Shown here: positions 47,743 through 56,600 of the stretch, piece after piece
Position numbering within the stretch: the stretch's first letter is position 1
Layout of the letters: each line of letters begins with the position of its first letter
Assembly: GCA_029936675.1 (NCBI GenBank)
Contig: JAPYSB010000005.1
Location: 12,104-76,103 of the forward strand
Reading direction: 5' to 3'
DNA from: Dehalococcoidia bacterium
Lineage (GTDB): Bacteria > Chloroflexota > Dehalococcoidia > Lucifugimonadales > UBA826
Length of the DNA stretch: 64,000 nucleotides
Notes under the pieces: generated by a model
Told to the model about the DNA's origin: nothing
The model's database searches: none
The model's input: the letters and a program-made list of their open reading frames with translations, nothing else
Translations under genes and position numbers: made by a program

Positions 47743-48885
47743 TTGCCAAGGCCAACTAAAATTGAAAAACTGGAAACTTTTCTTTGGGATAGATGGTTAC
47801 TTTTAAAAATACATTGTGAAGACGGGACTGTTGGGATTGGGGAAGGAGGTGTCCATGGTTGGCAGAGACCTACCAAAACCATGATTGAGACCATGGAGGC
47901 GTACCTCATAGGTCAAGACCCGCACAAGATCGAACATCATTATCAGTGGTTATATCGCTCATCACACTTCATGGGGTCGGTAGTACAAGGAGCCTTGTCT
48001 GCAATTGACATAGCGTTGTGGGACATCAAAGGTAAAAGGCTAGAGGTTCCAATTTATGACCTCATGGGAGGCAAGACAAGGGATAAAGTCCGTTGTTATA
48101 TGCATGTTGGATCCGGCAATGGTGGTAGTGTTGAAGACCTAGCTAATGATGCTTTGGCTGCTGTAAAAAAAGGTTATACAGCTGTAAGGTTTTCTCCTTT
48201 TTCATCAGAATATTATTTACACAAATCTTACAGTGAATGGGCCAATGAAGCTGTCACAAGGGTAGGCGCGGTACGGGAAATGGTTGGTCCTGACGTTGAC
48301 GTTTGCATAGAAATACACCGACAAATGAACCCTACTGAAAGTATTTCCTTAGGAAGGAGATTGGAACAATTCAATCCTTTTTTTTATGAAGACCCAATGC
48401 TCCCAGACAGTCCAAAAATTATGGGCGAAATAGCTGATAAATGTAATATCCCTATTGCAACTGGAGAAAGATTCACCACGATTTTCGAATACCAGCAACT
48501 TTTGGAATCTAATGCAGTTTCCTATGTTCGGCCTGATCTGTGTTTGTGCGGAGGCCTCAGCGGATCCAAAAAGGTGGCTGCCATGGCTGAGGCAAACCAT
48601 GTAAAAGTTATTCCTCATAACCCTTTGTCACCCGTAAGTACGGCTGCTTGTGTCCAGCTAGATGCATGCATACCAAATTTTGCTTTGCAAGAATACACGG
48701 GGGAGGATAAGCCCCCAAAGAGCGACTTGTTTGTGGAACCACTCGAGATGATCAACGGCTATCTAACAGTGCCAGAGGGTCCAGGTTTGGGGATCCAAAT
48801 AAATGAGCATGCCTTATCTATGCCTGAAAATCCAAAAGTACTAGATACTCCGATCGGATATGATGGGTCGGTACAAGATAGGTAA
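47743..48885 (+). CDS. Enolase-superfamily dehydratase, D-galactonate-dehydratase-like
   Basis: 380 aa with a TTG start. Motifs 'LLLKIHCEDGTVGIGEG', 'YLIGQDPHKIEHHYQ', 'AIDIALWDIKGKRLEVPIYDLMGG' and 'PFFYEDP'. Confidence 0.85.
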   Translation: MPRPTKIEKLETFLWDRWLLLKIHCEDGTVGIGEGGVHGWQRPTKTMIETMEAYLIGQDPHKIEHHYQWLYRSSHFMGSVVQGALSAIDIALWDIKGKRLEVPIYDLMGGKTRDKVRCYMHVGSGNGGSVEDLANDALAAVKKGYTAVRFSPFSSEYYLHKSYSEWANEAVTRVGAVREMVGPDVDVCIEIHRQMNPTESISLGRRLEQFNPFFYEDPMLPDSPKIMGEIADKCNIPIATGERFTTIFEYQQLLESNAVSYVRPDLCLCGGLSGSKKVAAMAEANHVKVIPHNPLSPVSTAACVQLDACIPNFALQEYTGEDKPPKSDLFVEPLEMINGYLTVPEGPGLGIQINEHALSMPENPKVLDTPIGYDGSVQDR

Positions 48886-49058
48886 ATCGGCCGGAACTAA
48901 TTTTCGTGGAAGTACACAATATCGTTAGCAAAAGGTTTATCACTGCCTTTGATTAGATCGATTTGACCCCGTCCCATAACCGAATTTTTCCGCCCATCTA
49001 TATCAGGATCTCGGCTTGCCATTTATTCCCTCTAGAAAAACTATTTTGTAATAGAAAA

Positions 49059-50126
49059 TTAAACCTCTTTGATGTGGACTGTTGATTCAGTGTCAGATGA
49101 TTCATACATTGCTAACGCCACTTGTAGAACTTGGGATGAGAAATCTATATCCATATCAGGGGATTCTTTTTTTATGATTGAATCTATGAATGCTTTTGCA
49201 GCCCCTTTAAATCCTTCTATCCAATCAGACGGAACACTGTATGAGGTAGTTTCATTACCGTTAATCAATACAACGGGAGGCATATCGAGTAATTCACCAG
49301 TACATCTTGTTACCCATATGGTGCCTTTCGGGCCTATAATTTCGAAGAATTCATCTGCGTTGTAATATTTTCCCTTAATAGTCATCTCGCTAGCGGAAGA
49401 GTAATCAATCGTTATCAGACAGTCTCTATCTTTCACTTTCATGACAGCTGCACTAGGGGTATCAGCAAGAAAATCCTCTGTTCTTGTGACTATACTTGTC
49501 ACTTTTTCCACATTTCCCACCCATGATATTGCGGTGGCGTATTTGTGCCAGCCATCATCATAAAGCATGCCTCCTGGGTTTTTTGAAGGGTCCCTTCTCC
49601 AGACGTAAGCGTCTTTTTCGGGCCTAATCATTGTTTCTGACCCCAAACCTCTAATGGTTCTGATCCTGACAAGAGAAGGGGTTCCGATAGCGCCACCGTC
49701 AATTAGTTCTTTGGCTTTCAAAATGGGAGGGTAATATAGAAAGTTTTCAGTTACCCTAAAAATCTTCCCATTTTGTCGTACAGCTTCTCGAATTTGATTT
49801 ACTTCTTCCATGGATGTGGCTATGGGCTTTTGACACGATATATGTTTTCCAGAATTTAGCCCTGAAATAATTTGTGAAGCATGCAGATGTGTAGGGGATA
49901 GGAGTTCAATCGCATCTACAGAATCATCTTCCAAAAGGCTATCGTAATTTGTGTAGATTTGCGGATTTATTTGCCAATCTTTGGCTTTTGAGATTGCTCG
50001 AGTTTCATCGAGGTCACAAAGAGCAACTATCTCGCAGTCTGGGTGTTCTAAATAGCCTGGAACATTAAGTTGTGAAATTGTTCCGCAACCCACTATTGCC
50101 AATCTGATTTTTGACATCAACTTCAC
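49059..50126 (-). CDS. Gfo/Idh/MocA family NAD(P)-dependent oxidoreductase
   Basis: Rossmann N-terminus 'IRLAIVGCGTISQ..' and the motif 'KHISCQKP'. Confidence 0.85.
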   Translation of the reverse strand: MKLMSKIRLAIVGCGTISQLNVPGYLEHPDCEIVALCDLDETRAISKAKDWQINPQIYTNYDSLLEDDSVDAIELLSPTHLHASQIISGLNSGKHISCQKPIATSMEEVNQIREAVRQNGKIFRVTENFLYYPPILKAKELIDGGAIGTPSLVRIRTIRGLGSETMIRPEKDAYVWRRDPSKNPGGMLYDDGWHKYATAISWVGNVEKVTSIVTRTEDFLADTPSAAVMKVKDRDCLITIDYSSASEMTIKGKYYNADEFFEIIGPKGTIWVTRCTGELLDMPPVVLINGNETTSYSVPSDWIEGFKGAAKAFIDSIIKKESPDMDIDFSSQVLQVALAMYESSDTESTVHIKEV

Positions 50127-50205
50127 CTTCCAATCGGTTGAATCAATTATTACTTTTGTGTCATATTACTATTTATAACAAATAAATCTAATCAGGTGGC
50201 ATATT

Positions 50206-50619
50206 ATGGTGAACATCAGTAGTGAGGCAAATACGTTTTTAACTCAAACTCAAATAGCAGTTATCAGCACCGTTGACTCAGATAATCGTCCTCATTCCGT
50301 CCCGATATGGTATCAGTGGGATGGGAGTTCGGCGCTAATGTTCACAGGTGCAAAGACTTTGAAATGGAAAAATTTGTCTGTCAACCCGTATGCTAGTTTA
50401 TGCGTAGATTTTCGGGAACCGCCGTATAGGTCAGTTGTCGTTCATGGCAAAATAAGGAGAGTCGAGAAATCAATACATGAATTTGTTAAGAATATGGCTC
50501 ACCGATATTACGGACCAGCTGAAGGGACTGAATTCGCCGCATTGTACCCGGACAACAAGAAAGGGGTAGTCGTATTCAGATTGGTTCCAGACAAAATTAT
50601 TGAAGAGTTGGATGTTTAA
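50206..50619 (+). CDS. Pyridoxamine-5'-phosphate-oxidase-fold (PPOX-class, possibly F420-dependent) protein
   Basis: 137 aa. 'IAVISTVDSDNRPHSVPIWYQWDG' is typical of split-barrel PPOX-class proteins. Confidence 0.65.
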   Translation: MVNISSEANTFLTQTQIAVISTVDSDNRPHSVPIWYQWDGSSALMFTGAKTLKWKNLSVNPYASLCVDFREPPYRSVVVHGKIRRVEKSIHEFVKNMAHRYYGPAEGTEFAALYPDNKKGVVVFRLVPDKIIEELDV

Positions 50620-50652
50620 TTAAAATATTGAATTTAATGAATATAGGCTCTA

Positions 50653-51849
50653 TTAGCTGAATACAGCCTTCGCACCCATCAATAGTTTGATCTCATCTTT
50701 TGAGTACCCAATTTCCTCGAGGATATCTTCAGAGTCTGCACCAGGAATCCTTCCTAACGTTCTTATGGAGCCTGGGGTATTCATTAGCTTAGATCCAATT
50801 CCTACCTGGGTTATAGGGTCACCATCTATAGTTCCAGCTTGAATAAACATATCTCTAGCTTTGGAATGCGGGTCTCCGATCACTTCATCAAAGTCGTAAA
50901 CTGGCGCTGCTGCGATGTCTTTAGTTTTTCTGAACAAATCCCACCATTCATCCCTTTTTTTGGTCATAAATATGGTTTTGAGGTTCTGCATGATTTCAGC
51001 GTATTTCTCAGTGTCGTGCTGGCTGTCGGAAAACTTATTTAATCCTAAAGTTAGGCAAAGATTCCGCCAGAAATTGGGCTCTATACAACCAAGGCTTATG
51101 TATTTGCCGTCTTCACATTCAAAAACGTTATAATATGGCACCCCTCCATTCAAAGTCATTTGTCCAGGCTTTGGAACTGTTCCTGATCTAAAGTATTCAC
51201 CTGATATTGACGATAAGAGATACGTCACACCATCTGACATTGATATATCTATTTGTTGTCCTTCACCGGTGTTTGTTCGAGAAAAAAGTGCACATACTAT
51301 CGAGAATGCTGCATTCATTCCTCCCGCTGCAAAATCAGCAATAATGTTGTAGGGAATCGAAGGTCTATCGTCCTCAGTCCCAATTAAGCCGAGGGCCCCA
51401 CCAATGGAAATATAGTTCACATCATGTCCCACCAAATCTTTGTACGGTCCAGTTTGTCCATACCCAGAGATCGAACAATAAATTATTGATGGATTGATTT
51501 TCTTTATAGTTTCGTAGTCGCAACCCAGCCTATTTACCACCCCAGGTCTAAAGCCTTCAATGAATATATCAGCATCTCGGCATATCTGGTGAAGTACCTC
51601 TATTCCGACTTCTTTTTTTAGGTCTAGAATGATGCTTCGTTTGTTGCGATTGAGAGGATTTGTTGCTGCTATCTTTCTGTTTTGGGGATCATTCGAGGTT
51701 TTATTTGCTATTATCCTGGCTGTTGGGGGCGCGTCTACCTTAATTACATCAGCTCCCATATCACCAAGCATCATAGAGCAAAAAGGGCCTGGTGCCATCC
51801 TACTCAAATCAACTATTTTTATGCCATCCAATGCGGTTTTAGTTATCAA
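50653..51849 (-). CDS. Family III CoA-transferase (Asp type)
   Basis: 398 aa. Motifs 'IKIVDLSRMAPGPFCSMMLGDMGADVIKV' and 'NRNKRS', with the catalytic Asp in 'NIIADFAAGG'. It overlaps the upstream gene by 4 nt. Confidence 0.9.
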   Translation of the reverse strand: MITKTALDGIKIVDLSRMAPGPFCSMMLGDMGADVIKVDAPPTARIIANKTSNDPQNRKIAATNPLNRNKRSIILDLKKEVGIEVLHQICRDADIFIEGFRPGVVNRLGCDYETIKKINPSIIYCSISGYGQTGPYKDLVGHDVNYISIGGALGLIGTEDDRPSIPYNIIADFAAGGMNAAFSIVCALFSRTNTGEGQQIDISMSDGVTYLLSSISGEYFRSGTVPKPGQMTLNGGVPYYNVFECEDGKYISLGCIEPNFWRNLCLTLGLNKFSDSQHDTEKYAEIMQNLKTIFMTKKRDEWWDLFRKTKDIAAAPVYDFDEVIGDPHSKARDMFIQAGTIDGDPITQVGIGSKLMNTPGSIRTLGRIPGADSEDILEEIGYSKDEIKLLMGAKAVFS

Positions 51850-53102
51850 AAAGATTGCTCCAGTACGCCTTCATTTAATAGGGTTTGGACTTCTGATGAC
51901 CCCATAGAAAGTATCTCTGTCAATATTTCTTTGTTGTCTTCTCCAACCATTGCTTGTGCTCGAGTTAGTTTGCCGGGAGTTTCTGAAAGTTGGAATTGCA
52001 GTCCATCGTATGGCATAGGCCCAACCTCAGTGTGGCGAAGCCATTGGAAAAACCCCTGATGCTCAAGCTGAGGGTCCTCCCACATATCAGACTGGCTTTG
52101 TACCATCCCCGAGGGTATTTTGTGGGACTGAAGTAAGTTCATTATGGATCTCGATTCGTCTCGTGAAGTCCAGGCGGTAATTAAATGATCAATCCGATCC
52201 CTATCAGATTTTCTTTCTTTTAAATTTTGATCTGATGTTTCTTTGCTAAGATTCAATAATTTTGCGAAATCTAACCACTGTGCTTCTGTTCTTATTGCTA
52301 TGGCAATCCACGATTCTGTAATGTCGGTGAGGGATCTTTTATGATCAAGGCACCGGTATATACCATGCGGGTACATTTCATCATCTTCATTCCCTTTTCG
52401 CTCTAAAATTGACCCATCTTCGTTATATTTCATGATGTGTGGTGAGAGAAAATGCATAGCTCCTTCATATTGTGATAGGTCAATATGCTGGCCTCTCCCA
52501 TGCCTGTCTCTATAATCGAGTGCTGCAACTATCGAACCAAAAGCCACTGGCGGATTGAGGAAATCTGAATATGCCCCATAAGGTCCAGCGGGACCCCTGT
52601 CAGGCCATCCGGTGATTTCATAAAACCCTGCCATTGCTCCGGCCAGTTGGCCATATCCTGCATAGTTATTATGTGGTCCGAATTGCCCCATTAAACAGGT
52701 ACTAAAATAAATTACATCAGGCAACAGTTTTTTTATAGAAACGTAATCAAGCTCCCATGACTTCATAACTCGTGGTGTGAAACTTTCCGCTATTACATCC
52801 GGTTTCCATTTGCTGATGAGGTTTCTAATCAGTTGTCTAGATTGGGGGATTGCTAAATTGAGTCCAAGGTTTCTTTTGTTTGAATTGTAGTTACCGCTGA
52901 ACTGGCTTCTATTTATTCCTGGAATCCCGTCTTTAAATGGTGGCGCTCCCCTTAAAACGTCAGGTTTGCTAACCGATTCTATTTTTATTACGTCGGCTCC
53001 GTGGTCGGCCAAATATTTAGTCGTGATTGGACCTACACCGACCCATGTAAAATCTAAAACTTTTAAGCCATTAAAAAGGATGTTTTGTGTCCTCTCTGCC
53101 AC
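51846..53102 (-). CDS. Family III CoA-transferase (Asp type, 'NYAG' subtype)
   Basis: 418 aa. Motifs 'LKVLDFTWVGVGPITTKYLADHGADVIKIES' and 'GPHNNYAGYG', with Asp in 'GAYSDFLNP'. Its GTG start shares one nt with the upstream stop (TAGTG). Confidence 0.9.
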   Translation of the reverse strand: MAERTQNILFNGLKVLDFTWVGVGPITTKYLADHGADVIKIESVSKPDVLRGAPPFKDGIPGINRSQFSGNYNSNKRNLGLNLAIPQSRQLIRNLISKWKPDVIAESFTPRVMKSWELDYVSIKKLLPDVIYFSTCLMGQFGPHNNYAGYGQLAGAMAGFYEITGWPDRGPAGPYGAYSDFLNPPVAFGSIVAALDYRDRHGRGQHIDLSQYEGAMHFLSPHIMKYNEDGSILERKGNEDDEMYPHGIYRCLDHKRSLTDITESWIAIAIRTEAQWLDFAKLLNLSKETSDQNLKERKSDRDRIDHLITAWTSRDESRSIMNLLQSHKIPSGMVQSQSDMWEDPQLEHQGFFQWLRHTEVGPMPYDGLQFQLSETPGKLTRAQAMVGEDNKEILTEILSMGSSEVQTLLNEGVLEQSF

Positions 53103-54361
53103 TATATAACCTCTTCTTTTTCTAGCTTTTCAATTTGAGCCAGACTTAAACCGATATCTTTGAATATTTCCTCGTTATCACCCCCAATAGATGGTGAAGG
53201 AAAAAATATTTTTAAAGGTGTCTCGGACATTTTCATATAAGGGCCCAGATGGGTTATGTTCCGGCTAAATTCGGGGTGATATATATCCAACCAAAATGAT
53301 CTAGCCTCTAGCTGTGGGCTTTTTCTAATATCCTCTACCGTGTTGCAAGGAGCGAGTAAAAGTTTTGCTTCGAGAGCTTTTCCGAAAATTTTGTGTTTGG
53401 TTTTCTTTGATAGAAAACTTTCTATTGTTTTTTCAACCCTTTTAAACTCAGTTGCGTCCTTTCCATGTGGATCGCTATCAGGCTTTAATTCCCACTCATC
53501 CATATCGAATTCAAGAATTTCCTTTTCCACCTCTATTTCTTCGGATATCCATGCTAGAAGTCCCTTTAGTGTTTTAGCCTGCGCGTTCATGCTTACATAA
53601 CCGTCAGCGCATTTGAAAACGTGTCGGGCATCAATAGGACCTCTTTTTCTAAAAGCCCCTGTTCTGGTTACATCGGTACCGTGGAGTTTTGGGAATGGAG
53701 TTGCATTCATCAGAGTCCACATCACAGAAATTTGCTCTGACACATCCACATGCTGGCCGATTTTATAATTTCTACTATGTCTCAAAGCAGCTACAGTCGC
53801 TCCAAATGCCTGGGACCCTGCTACAAGTTCAGCTTGCGGGAAACTTATTCTTACGGGGGGGCGGTCTTCATCACCACTGATAAAGGGCATCCCACCCATA
53901 GCAGAAGAAATTAGGTCAGTAGATACAAAGCCGGCATAGGGCCCAGTAGGACCAAAAGGTGTCATAGTGGTATGTACTAGTTGGGGATTGCGGTCTATTA
54001 AGGTTTCGTATCCGATATTCAGTGAATCTAGGTATTTTGGCTGGAAGGATTCTAGGATGGCATCGGATTGATCAACTAATTTTAGAAAAACTTGTCTGCC
54101 GGCTTCAGTATCAAGAGCAAGTGAAATACCTTTTTTGTTGGAGTTGTAAGCTGCCCAATATAAACTTTTGGGGCTTCCGTCGGAATCAAGCGCAAACGGT
54201 CCTCGGAGTCTGGTTTGGCTACCTTTCGGGGGTTCGATCCTTATGACATTGGCGCCCATGTCTCCCAACAGACGACCACAGATGTTATGGCCACCTTCAG
54301 ATAAATCCAATACGGTATATGGGAACAAAGCACCTTGGAACGGAGGATTTAAAGATGCCAT
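53102..54361 (-). CDS. Family III CoA-transferase homologue with Glu at the catalytic-Asp position
   Basis: 419 aa. Motifs 'YTVLDLSEGGHNICGRLLGDMGANVIRIE' and 'NSNKKG'. The aligned active-site segment reads 'FPQAELVAG'. Confidence 0.85.
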   Translation of the reverse strand: MASLNPPFQGALFPYTVLDLSEGGHNICGRLLGDMGANVIRIEPPKGSQTRLRGPFALDSDGSPKSLYWAAYNSNKKGISLALDTEAGRQVFLKLVDQSDAILESFQPKYLDSLNIGYETLIDRNPQLVHTTMTPFGPTGPYAGFVSTDLISSAMGGMPFISGDEDRPPVRISFPQAELVAGSQAFGATVAALRHSRNYKIGQHVDVSEQISVMWTLMNATPFPKLHGTDVTRTGAFRKRGPIDARHVFKCADGYVSMNAQAKTLKGLLAWISEEIEVEKEILEFDMDEWELKPDSDPHGKDATEFKRVEKTIESFLSKKTKHKIFGKALEAKLLLAPCNTVEDIRKSPQLEARSFWLDIYHPEFSRNITHLGPYMKMSETPLKIFFPSPSIGGDNEEIFKDIGLSLAQIEKLEKEEVI

Positions 54362-54399
54362 TCGGTTGGAAACCTCCGCGTATGACTGAACCTACTGAA

Positions 54400-55587
54400 C
54401 TAAGCTCGAGGCAATCCCAAACCTCTATTTGCTATGATGTTTCTCTGGATTTCAGAAGTGCCAGCGGCAATGGTAGAGGAAATTGAGCTTAAATACATTT
54501 TTTGGACAGCCCCGGCCAGAGGGGAGAGATGTGATTCATGGGAAAGTAAACCTTTCATGTCTATTATATTCATGGCTGTATTGGCCACTCTTTGTACCAA
54601 TTCTGCACCAAATAATTTTGACATTGACGCTTCAGAGTTTGGAACCATGCCATTACTTTGCATCCAGGCAACCCTGTAAGACATGGCTCGGGAGACCTCA
54701 GTTTCGATATGCCGTTCAGCTAGTCTATTTCTAATTACCTGATTTTCAGACAGTGGTTTGCCATTTTTCTTTTCTGACTTGACATAATCTGTGAGGGCCT
54801 CAAGTATTCTTCGTGAATTTGCCGAGAAGCCGACTCCTGATCTTTCAAAGTCCAAAGCAACTGCCAGTGTGTACCAACCTCGGTTTTCCTCCCCAACAAG
54901 GTTTCTTGATGGAATCCTAACGTCTTCAAAAAAAACTTCATTAAACTCATGAGATCCTGCCATGTTGTATATCGGTCGAACTGTAACACCAGGGGTTTGC
55001 ATATCCACCATAAACAAACTGATTCCCCTATGTTTTGGAGCTTCTGAGTCAGTTCTGGCTGCTAGCCAACCATAGTCAGCAATATGAGCTGAACTGGTCC
55101 ATATTTTCGACCCGTTTATTACATAATCATCTCCATCTTTTATTGCTTGAGTTTGAAGTGATGCGAGATCCGATCCTGATCCAGGTTCACTGTACAGGGT
55201 GCACCAATACCTATCACCATCTCCGATTGGGGGTAGATGTTCTTTTCTCTGATCATGTGTTCCGGCGATCATCAAAGTGGGGCCTACCCAGCTAATTGCA
55301 CCTGTACCTAGGTCGGTACCAGGCACATCACGATAAGTCATTTCTTCCCGGTAAATTAATTGCTCCATGATTGAGCGGCCTTGGCCTCCGTACTCCTCAG
55401 GCCAAGCCATGGTTAACCAACCCTTTTTAGCGAGTTTTTTGGCCATGGATTTGGTAAAAGGTAAATTGTCCTGTGAAAAATGATTTGCCGGAGAGAGAGA
55501 ATTCCAATCCTCAGGTAATTCCTCTTCTAGAAATTCTAAAAGATCGCTTCTGAAGGACTCTTCTTTTTCTGTAAATGTGTACTGCAT
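54400..55587 (-). CDS. Acyl-CoA dehydrogenase
   Basis: 395 aa. Motifs 'YSEPGSGSDLASL', 'INGSKIWTS' and the C-terminal 'AAGTSEIQRNIIA'. Confidence 0.9.
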   Translation of the reverse strand: MQYTFTEKEESFRSDLLEFLEEELPEDWNSLSPANHFSQDNLPFTKSMAKKLAKKGWLTMAWPEEYGGQGRSIMEQLIYREEMTYRDVPGTDLGTGAISWVGPTLMIAGTHDQRKEHLPPIGDGDRYWCTLYSEPGSGSDLASLQTQAIKDGDDYVINGSKIWTSSAHIADYGWLAARTDSEAPKHRGISLFMVDMQTPGVTVRPIYNMAGSHEFNEVFFEDVRIPSRNLVGEENRGWYTLAVALDFERSGVGFSANSRRILEALTDYVKSEKKNGKPLSENQVIRNRLAERHIETEVSRAMSYRVAWMQSNGMVPNSEASMSKLFGAELVQRVANTAMNIIDMKGLLSHESHLSPLAGAVQKMYLSSISSTIAAGTSEIQRNIIANRGLGLPRA

Positions 55588-55678
55588 AGACCATTATTTT
55601 GAGGAAAGTTTGACGGACAATATTCTGGAATCCTACTATATAAAGGTATCGGAAAGGAACATTCGGTGCCCAGTACAC

Positions 55679-56467
55679 TTAAAGCTTTCCGGGCATTCCT
55701 CCATCGACATTTATTATTTCCCCTGTAATAAATCTAGAATCACTAGATACTAAGAACAACACTGTATTAGCTACATCATCGGGATACCCAGGCCCATCCA
55801 GTATTTGAATGAAGTCGAATGCTCCTTTAAGAGAATGGTTTCCTCCTCCCACATCAGTTAAGGGAGTGATGATTTGACCTGGTCGTACCCCATTCACTCT
55901 AATATTGTGCTGGCCTCCCATACCGGCAGCGTATCGGGTAAAAGCATCAACGCCTGCTTTGGCAGCGTAATAAGATGACGAAGGACCTCGCCCTACGAGA
56001 TCGTACATGTTTTTACTGAAACCTCTTTGAGCGGCGAGAGACGACATGTTTACGATGCGTCCCCGTCCCGATTCGATCAAATGGGGCCAAACAGCACGGC
56101 ATACATAAAAGGTTCCATTTAAATTTACGGCAATCACCCTTTCCCAACCTTCGTCTGTTTCGTTTGGGAAATTTCCTTTATCCCCACCACCTGCGTTGTT
56201 AAATAGAACACTTATTTTCCCGTACGTTGAGACAACATTATTGATTACTTCATCAATTTGATTTCGATCAGCGACGTCACATTGGAAAAATTTCGCTTCT
56301 CCACCTGATGCGTTTATAGCAGATTCGACTTCCTTTCCCTCTTTTTCTCTTCTGGCTAGTAACGCGACCTTCGCCCCTTCTTTAGCGAATAAATGGGCTG
56401 TGGCTTCTCCTATTCCACTATTACCACCTGTCACGATTGCTACATCCCCTTCTAGTTTATTTCCCAT
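55679..56467 (-). CDS. Short-chain dehydrogenase/reductase (SDR)
   Basis: Motifs 'VTGGNSGIGEA' and 'NNAG', with catalytic 'YYAAK'. Confidence 0.9.
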   Translation of the reverse strand: MGNKLEGDVAIVTGGNSGIGEATAHLFAKEGAKVALLARREKEGKEVESAINASGGEAKFFQCDVADRNQIDEVINNVVSTYGKISVLFNNAGGGDKGNFPNETDEGWERVIAVNLNGTFYVCRAVWPHLIESGRGRIVNMSSLAAQRGFSKNMYDLVGRGPSSSYYAAKAGVDAFTRYAAGMGGQHNIRVNGVRPGQIITPLTDVGGGNHSLKGAFDFIQILDGPGYPDDVANTVLFLVSSDSRFITGEIINVDGGMPGKL

Positions 56468-56600
56468 GGATAGTTCCTTTTTTTAAATATTTATTTAACA
56501 ACAACTGATACATATAAATCGTGTATTCTCGTTTCTTTTATTATCAAAAATTCGCCCAAACACAATCAGTGTACTCTCCTAACAATGGGCGCTTATCGAA

